Shown here piece after piece: positions 19,420 through 23,373 of a stretch of DNA of 23,373 nucleotides. Origin of the DNA: Thraustochytrium aureum. Taxonomy: Eukaryota. The stretch covers positions 78,261 through 101,633 of the forward strand of contig BLSG01000154.1 of assembly GCA_012862495.1 (NCBI GenBank), given 5' to 3'. A program made the position numbers and the translations under genes. The notes below the pieces were generated by a model. It made no database searches, had not been told where the DNA came from, and worked only from the letters and a program-made list of their open reading frames with translations. Position 1 is the first letter of the stretch. Each line of letters starts with the position of its first letter.

Positions 19420-20840
19420 ATGGGGCGGGGCGCGGCTTGTGCGGAAGATGGCGGGCCGCTCGGGAAAGCGCGGCAGGTGCTGCGGAAGCGCTGGAATGAC
19501 TTGAGCGTGCAGGAGCTGTCCGGCTCCATGGGCGACCTCGGCACGTTTTTGCCGCTGCTGCTCAACCTCGCCGCGTTCAAGGTGGTGGCCTTCAGCCCGG
19601 CGCTGTTCTGGGCGGGATTCTACAACGTGGTGACCGGACTGGCTTGGGATACGCCCATGCCCGTGCAGCCCATGAAGACGATCGCCGCGGTCGCCCTGTC
19701 GACGGGGGACACGGCCAACCCCGGCCTGACGCCTGAAGAGGCCATCGGAGCCGGCCTCTCGGTGTCCGCCATCGTATTCGTGCTCGGCTCCACGGGCCTT
19801 ATCGAAATCGTCAACTTTCTCATCCCCCAGCCCATCGTGCGCGGTCTGCAGCTCGGCCTCGGGCTTTCCATGGTGAAGAGCGCGCTCGACTTGGCCTTTA
19901 AGCTGCCGTGGCTCGAGCAAGCGGACTGCGGACTGCTGGCGCTTTTGTCGACGCTGTTCATCCTCGTCGTTCTGCGCTTCGAGAACCACCACATCCCGGC
20001 CGCACTCATCCTCACGGTTGTTGGATTCATCATCGCGGGGGTTGAAGCCTCAGGCTTGGTTCTTGAGCCGACGTTTCCCCCTGTCTACGTCGGGGCCTCG
20101 TTGCGCTGGGACGACGTTTGGCAGGGGTTCATCAAGGCGGGGTTGGCCCAGCTCCCGCTGACCACGCTCAACAGCGTGGTTTCCGTGGTGGACCTCAACA
20201 ACAAGTCTCTCTTCCCGGCCGAGCCGGCCAAGCACATCACGCGCCGGAGCGTGGCCTCGAGCGTAGGGCTCATGAACCTCACGGGCTTGTGGTTTGGAGC
20301 CATGTCTCTTTGCCACGGCGCGGGCGGGCTCGCCGGCCAGTATCGCTTTGGAGCTCGGTCCGGCTCTGCGCTTCTCTTCCTTGGCGCGGTCAAGATGCTC
20401 ATTGCTGCGCTCTTGGGCACGGGGGCTCTGCGCTGCTGCAAGCGTTCCCAACTGCCATCTTGAGCCCACTGCTCGCCTTCGCGGGCCTCGGGCTGGCGCT
20501 GAACGGCATGTCGAGCATGCTTGATGCGCCATCGCAGCCGCTGTCGGCCGAGGCCGTCGAGCGGCGCAAGGGCGAGCTTTTCGTCGTCCTTGCTACGGGC
20601 GCGGTGACCGCGGCGCGTCGGACGGGCTGGGGCTTTCTCGCGGGTGTCGTTACTTCGCTCATCAATGGCGGCTTCAACCACGTCTTCCAAGCAGCGCGCG
20701 AAAAGCTGGGCAGGCATTGGCAGAAAGGGTCGTCTTCGTCGAACGAGCCGCCGACCGTCAACACCTCGCCGACCACGGCCACGTCCTTCGATTCCACCTC
20801 GCCTCAAGCAGCCGCCGGCAGCCGCGTGGAGGTGGCGTAG
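19420..20840 (+). CDS. MOT1: Molybdate transporter, MOT1 family (~473 aa), one apparent frameshift
   Basis: Family motifs ELSGSMGDLGTFLPLL, PMPVQPMKTIAAVAL, RGLQLGLGL, QLPLTTLNSVVSV, SVGLMNL, FGAMSLCHGAGGLAGQYRFGARSG. Adding one G to the run at 20421-20425 continues into GGSALLQAFPTAILSPLLAFAGLGLAL...TGWGFLAG, stop 20838-20840. Confidence 0.92.
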
Positions 20841-20906
20841 CGTGGAGCATGCGTGCGCGAGTGGGCGGAGCTTCCTCGCCTTTCGCGGGCTTCTTTGGCC
20901 TTTCGG

Positions 20907-20950
<44 letters not shown>
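20907..20950. repeat. (GGCT)11 microsatellite
   Basis: Perfect tetranucleotide run; a shorter imperfect copy lies at ~6259-6277. Confidence 0.95.
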
Positions 20951-20951
<1 letters not shown>

Positions 20952-21321
20952 CCGGACTGGCCAGGCCGCCTCGCCGCGCGTCGGCCGATCAGGCACAGCA
21001 GTGGGACGCAATCGTTAGAGCCCAACCACGCCATGGTACTTGGTCCACTTTTCCTCGCCGCCTGTGTTCGCCTGGTAGGCGCCGTGCACCTTGCGCCTTG
21101 CCCGTCCCGCCCAGTCCAAACCGCTCGCCGTTTGCGTCTCTTGGCGCGCCAGACGGCCCAGGACGGCGAGGCCGCTCGTGGCAGCTGGCGCGTTTTGGGC
21201 GGGTGGGTTGAACGGGCAGGGAGTACGACGTGCACGTTGCTGGCGCAATCTGCTCGAAATGTGCGACAATGTCGAGCAAAAGTCGGCCAATCCCTCAAGG
21301 CTAGCGGCGAACGTTGACGCA

Positions 21322-22257
21322 ATGGGGCCCGCGGAGGCCGCGTGGCACGGCGACGGCGCGGCCGTCGTCGCGGCCGTCGTCGCGGCGGCGTGCTGCGTGC
21401 TCGGCGGCGCGTTTTTGGCCGGACTCGTGGCGAGGATGGTCACGGAGCGGACTGGTCGCATCCCCTCCGGCCAAGCGCGGCTCCTCCTGCTGGGCGCGCT
21501 GCTGGGAGGCGCAGGGGACACGCCGAGACCGGCAGCGGTCGAGGCGCGAACGCCGCGGAATGTAAGTGTTTGCGCCGCAATGCTCGCAAAACCGCTCGTG
21601 TGCTGGCGCGCTCGAGTTGCTCGAGGTGCGACAAATCGTCCTTGTGCTGACTAGGAGGCATACGCGGCGCGGCGCGGCGCGGCCCGGCGATCGTAGACGC
21701 TCGTGCTCGACCTGGACGAGACGCTCATCCACTCGTTTCCCGAGTTCCCCCGCTGGCTCGTGTGGCTCGGTCGAGTCCGGTGCTGCCGACGCATGGTCGT
21801 CGTTAACCAGCGCTTCGTTCCCGTTTTCGTGGCCCTCCGCCCGCACCTCGAGTCCTTCTTGGCGGAGGTATGCCAGCTCTTCGACGTGGTCGTCTACACT
21901 GCAGCCGAGCGCGGGTACGCAGACCCGGTCATCGACCTGCTCGAGCGGCCCGGGGTGTGCGCCGTCGCCGCTCGCCTGTTCCGGCACCACTGCTACATGC
22001 TGAACGGTGTCCCGCTCAAGGACATCAAGGTCACGGGGCGCGACATGGCGAGCGTGGCGATAGTGGACAACAGCGAGTCGGGCTACTACCTCCACCCGGA
22101 GAATGGCATCCCGATCAAGTCCTGGACAGGCGACCCCTTCGACCGCGAGCTGCTCCGCTTGCTCCCGCTGTTGCGCTCGCTAAGCAGTGCAGCAGACGTG
22201 CGCGAGGTGCTCGAGCCGTTTCGCCGCGCTCATTGGGGGGCAGTGTCGCTGGGCTGA
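21322..22257 (+). CDS. FCP1/SCP/NIF-family HAD phosphatase with N-terminal hydrophobic anchor (CTDNEP1/Dullard/Nem1-like layout), two exons, ~266 aa
   Basis: Catalytic TLVLDLDETLIHS, RPHLESFL, VVYTAAERGYADPVIDLL, RLFRHHC, KDI, IVDNS, HPENGIPIKSW..D..DRELL.LLPLL..L....DVR. Exon 1 (21322-21561) encodes AAVVAAVVAAACCVLGGAFLAGLVA. Confidence 0.88.
21562..21696 (+). other. Predicted GT-AG intron (135 nt) in the NIF phosphatase
   Basis: Donor GTAAGT at 21562, CTGAC at 21647-21651, acceptor TAG ending 21696. Splicing gives ...ARTPRN|TLVLDLDETL in frame and removes two in-frame TAGs. An alternative acceptor at 21654 would need additional indels. Confidence 0.7.
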
Positions 22258-22358
22258 ACCGCGCCCCTATAGCTTGTGTTTGTACCTTCTGATTCTGTTT
22301 CCTTTTGCGGTCTCGTCGATCTAACAGAGATGCATTCAATGGGCCGCGCGAAGCGGCG

Positions 22359-23309
22359 TCAGAGAAGCGCGCGCGCCGCCTTGCGAGCACCTGCCACTTG
22401 AAGAGCTAGAGTTATCAAGAGCGCAGAAAAGTCGTCGACGCCGAGAACGTCACGAACCTTGGAGGCAACGACCGTGTTTAGCGCGACGAGCGCGAGCGCC
22501 GGGGCGCGCACCCACTCGTTTGTGACGTAGACCCCAGGCAGTAGCCGAGAGAGCCAATCAAGCTGCAAGGCGTCGGGCCCTATTAAGATCCGGGCCTGCC
22601 CGCGTCGCACGCCGTCAAAGATGACCTGCGCGGCCTGCTCGCTGGAAGTCCTTGCCACGAGCTCGAAAAGCTTTTGCGCCTTTTGCAGCTCCACCTTCGA
22701 CGGAGCGCCCCCGTTCTTCATCAAGTTGGTGCGGATGAACCCGGGGTGCACGCTGTGCACGCGCACGTGCGGGCTCGACAGCGCCAGGTCGCGCATCATG
22801 GCCTCTGAAAACCCGCGCACCGCGAACTTTGAGGCATGGTACGCGCTCGCGCCGTCGTTGACGAAGAAACCGTACATGGACGAGATGTTGACGAGGTGGG
22901 CCGAGCGCTCGCGCTTGAGGGCCGGGAGGAACGCTCGCGACATGTTGACCACGCCGTTGAAGTTGACGTCCATCACGCGGTCAAAGTCAGCCTCCGCCAC
23001 GTCGCCAAACAGCCCCACGTGCACGATCCCCGCGTTGTTGACGACAACGGAGACGCGTCCGTGTCGGCCAACAACGGCATCCACCAGCGCGCCAACCGCT
23101 TCGCGCGAGGCCACGTCAACGGCGTGGCTAGACACCAGCACAGCGCCCGCCGCGCGGCACTCCTCCGCGACAGCCTCAGCCTTCTCCGCGTCAATATCAC
23201 AGACCGCCAGCCCAGCGCACCGCGCGGCGGCCGCGTGGAGCGCGAGAGCGCGTCCGATCCCGGACGCCGCGCCGGTCACGACCACGACGTGGCCTTCCAA
23301 GTACGCCAT
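22359..23309 (-). CDS. Classical short-chain dehydrogenase/reductase (316 aa from ATG 23309) with hydrophobic C-terminal extension
   Basis: TGAASGIG (TGxxxGxG), acidic residue after beta2 (VCDID, suggesting NAD preference), VNNAGI, NISS, catalytic YHASK, VHPGFIRT. Uninterrupted ORF. Confidence 0.93.
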   Translation of the reverse strand: MAYLEGHVVVVTGAASGIGRALALHAAAARCAGLAVCDIDAEKAEAVAEECRAAGAVLVSSHAVDVASREAVGALVDAVVGRHGRVSVVVNNAGIVHVGLFGDVAEADFDRVMDVNFNGVVNMSRAFLPALKRERSAHLVNISSMYGFFVNDGASAYHASKFAVRGFSEAMMRDLALSSPHVRVHSVHPGFIRTNLMKNGGAPSKVELQKAQKLFELVARTSSEQAAQVIFDGVRRGQARILIGPDALQLDWLSRLLPGVYVTNEWVRAPALALVALNTVVASKVRDVLGVDDFSALLITLALQVAGARKAARALL

Positions 23310-23373
23310 CGCAAGCCCCAAACCAGCGCGACGAATGCAGGACAAAGCGCGAGCGAGGCCTGCAACACTGCGG

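Noticed and set aside
3091..20840. Calling the frameshifted genes pseudogenes
   Set aside because: Motifs are intact on both sides of each shift, no nonsense substitutions are evident, unrelated genes are affected alike, and the duplicated gap flank shows the assembly drops bases.
21694..21696. In-frame TAG just before TLVLDLDET as stop-codon readthrough or a reassigned code
   Set aside because: Explained more simply as the intron acceptor or as a dropped A in AAG. TAG also serves as the apparent MOT1 stop.
19420..23309. MOT1 + phosphatase + SDR as a functional or nitrate-assimilation gene cluster
   Set aside because: No nitrate reductase, nitrite reductase, transporter or Moco gene is in the window, and the functions share no evident pathway.

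Overview
GC-rich, gene-dense, intron-poor eukaryotic genomic DNA from a draft scaffold with six N-gaps. A flagellated protist is inferred, plausibly a stramenopile such as a labyrinthulomycete, but the sequence alone does not prove this. Left to right: a truncated membrane-anchored or secreted protein (-), a SAS6-like centriolar/flagellar-root protein with one GT-AG intron (+), a three-KH-domain RNA-binding protein (-), and an ~11.3 kb gene (+, 6369-17644) that the ORF track splits into about seven pieces. Reassembled, it encodes a ~3,600-3,700 aa single-pass receptor: signal peptide, 'EVQ/GGTF' beta repeats, 3 PKD, ~13 Ig, 4 TSP1-like, EGF and Cys-rich modules, TM, and two cytoplasmic PH domains. 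After it come a 13-bp minisatellite, a small orphan gene with an internal duplication (-), a MOT1-family molybdate transporter (+), a membrane-anchored FCP/NIF (DLDET) phosphatase with a predicted intron (+), and a classical SDR with bacterial-like features (-). About ten single-base frameshifts interrupt otherwise intact genes. Several sit in homopolymers, and a duplicated gap flank shows one such indel directly, so assembly error is the best explanation. The most notable item is the giant Ig/PKD/TSP1/EGF-TM-PH-PH receptor.
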